From assembly GCA_041497895.1 (NCBI GenBank), contig JBGQHJ010000115.1, forward strand, positions 1-15,980: a stretch of DNA of 15,980 bases, in the 5' to 3' direction. The translations under genes and the position numbers were made by a program. This document shows, in pieces, positions 15,432 to 15,980 of this stretch. Position 1 is the stretch's first letter, and every line of letters starts with the position of its first letter. Below the pieces are notes generated by a model. That model made no database searches and had not been told where the DNA came from. It worked only from the letters and a program-made list of their open reading frames with translations. The DNA is from Candidatus Methylomirabilia bacterium (lineage in GTDB: Bacteria > Methylomirabilota > Methylomirabilia > Rokubacteriales > CSP1-6).

Positions 15432-15715
15432 CCGTCAGTCGGGAGCAGGTCACCGAGGCGTTGCGCGAGGTCTTCGATCCCGAGCTCGGCCTGTCGATCG
15501 TGGACCTGGGGTTGATCTACGGCGTCGAGATCGACGCCGACCGCGTGCGTGTGGAGATGACGTTGACGACGCAGGGCTGCCCCCTCCGTGACTCCATGAC
15601 CGAGTGGGTCCGGCAGGCTGTCGGGAAGGTTCCCGGGGTGGTAGACGTGGCGGTGGCTCTCACCTTCGAGCCCCCCTGGACACCAGACCGGATGGGGCAG
15701 GGCGTCCAGCTCTAG
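15428..15715 (+). CDS. DUF59/SufT/PaaD-like metal-sulfur cluster assembly protein
   Basis: ALREVFDPELGLSIVDLGLIY, MTLTTQGCP and FEPPWTPDRM. ATGA overlap with the upstream gene. Confidence 0.93.
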   Translation: MTVSREQVTEALREVFDPELGLSIVDLGLIYGVEIDADRVRVEMTLTTQGCPLRDSMTEWVRQAVGKVPGVVDVAVALTFEPPWTPDRMGQGVQL

Positions 15716-15805
15716 TCCCCCGCGTGACCGCCCCGCCCCACTGAGGCGCGGCTGCCCCGAAATCCCGCCTATCGGTTTTATGCCCCGGGTCGGCTCGGCG
15801 CCTTC

Positions 15806-15821
15806 GGGCACCTGCCTTGCA
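15806..15821 (+). promoter_or_regulatory. sigma54 (RpoN) -24/-12 promoter
   Basis: GGGCAC-CTGCC-TTGCA: GG(15807-15808)-N10-GC(15819-15820), close to consensus TGGCAC-N5-TTGCW. Confidence 0.7.
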
Positions 15822-15859
15822 CTCATCGAGAGCAAACACTCAGTCACGGCGGACACGTG

Positions 15860-15980
15860 ATGAGGGGCAAACTGGTGCTCGGGGCAGGAAGGGCGATGGC
15901 CGTGCTGCTGATCGGCGGCGCGGCGGGCTGGCAGAATCAGGCGCGCGCGAAGGTGTCCGAGGTCGCGACGCTGCCGGAGG
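15860..15980 (+). CDS. 5' end of a probable secreted protein (truncated by window)
   Basis: MRGKLVLGAGRAMAVLLIGGAAGWQNQARAKVSEVATLPE... is signal-peptide-like with an A-R-A site, downstream of the sigma54 promoter. Confidence 0.55.
   Translation, partial: MRGKLVLGAGRAMAVLLIGGAAGWQNQARAKVSEVATLPE

Noticed and set aside
1..15980. CRISPR arrays, tRNA/rRNA, IS elements or integrases
   Set aside because: No regularly spaced repeats, RNA-gene signatures or transposase motifs were seen by eye. Intergenic gaps are short.

Overview
Very GC-rich bacterial chromosomal window. Gene content and style suggest an uncultured soil lineage such as Rokubacteria/Methylomirabilota, which is inference only. Left to right it holds: an enoyl-CoA hydratase; an unannotated 37-aa lipoprotein; a minimal napAB periplasmic nitrate reductase (long Campylobacterota-like NapA, lipoprotein NapB, no napC/D/G/H in view); a Cys-nucleophile alpha/beta hydrolase; a PspC remnant; a SHOCT membrane protein; an aromatic-catabolism cassette (LigB/DesZ-like dioxygenase, Rieske oxygenase alpha subunit, orphan HicB-fold protein, VOC protein); a small membrane protein; sorAB sulfite:cytochrome c oxidoreductase plus an amidohydrolase; a SYLF/Ysc84 lipoprotein; and a Crp/Fnr regulator. 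The regulator is followed by a Crp-type palindrome at the class II (-41.5) position and a tightly coupled four-gene operon (DUF542/ScdA_N, tandem DUF2249, heme-copper-oxidase-like membrane protein, DUF59/SufT). This operon is the best candidate for an uncharacterised NO-stress or metal-cofactor repair system. A sigma54 promoter and a truncated secreted-protein gene end the window. No RNA genes, CRISPR arrays or mobile elements were seen. Family assignments come from motif recognition, not database searches.
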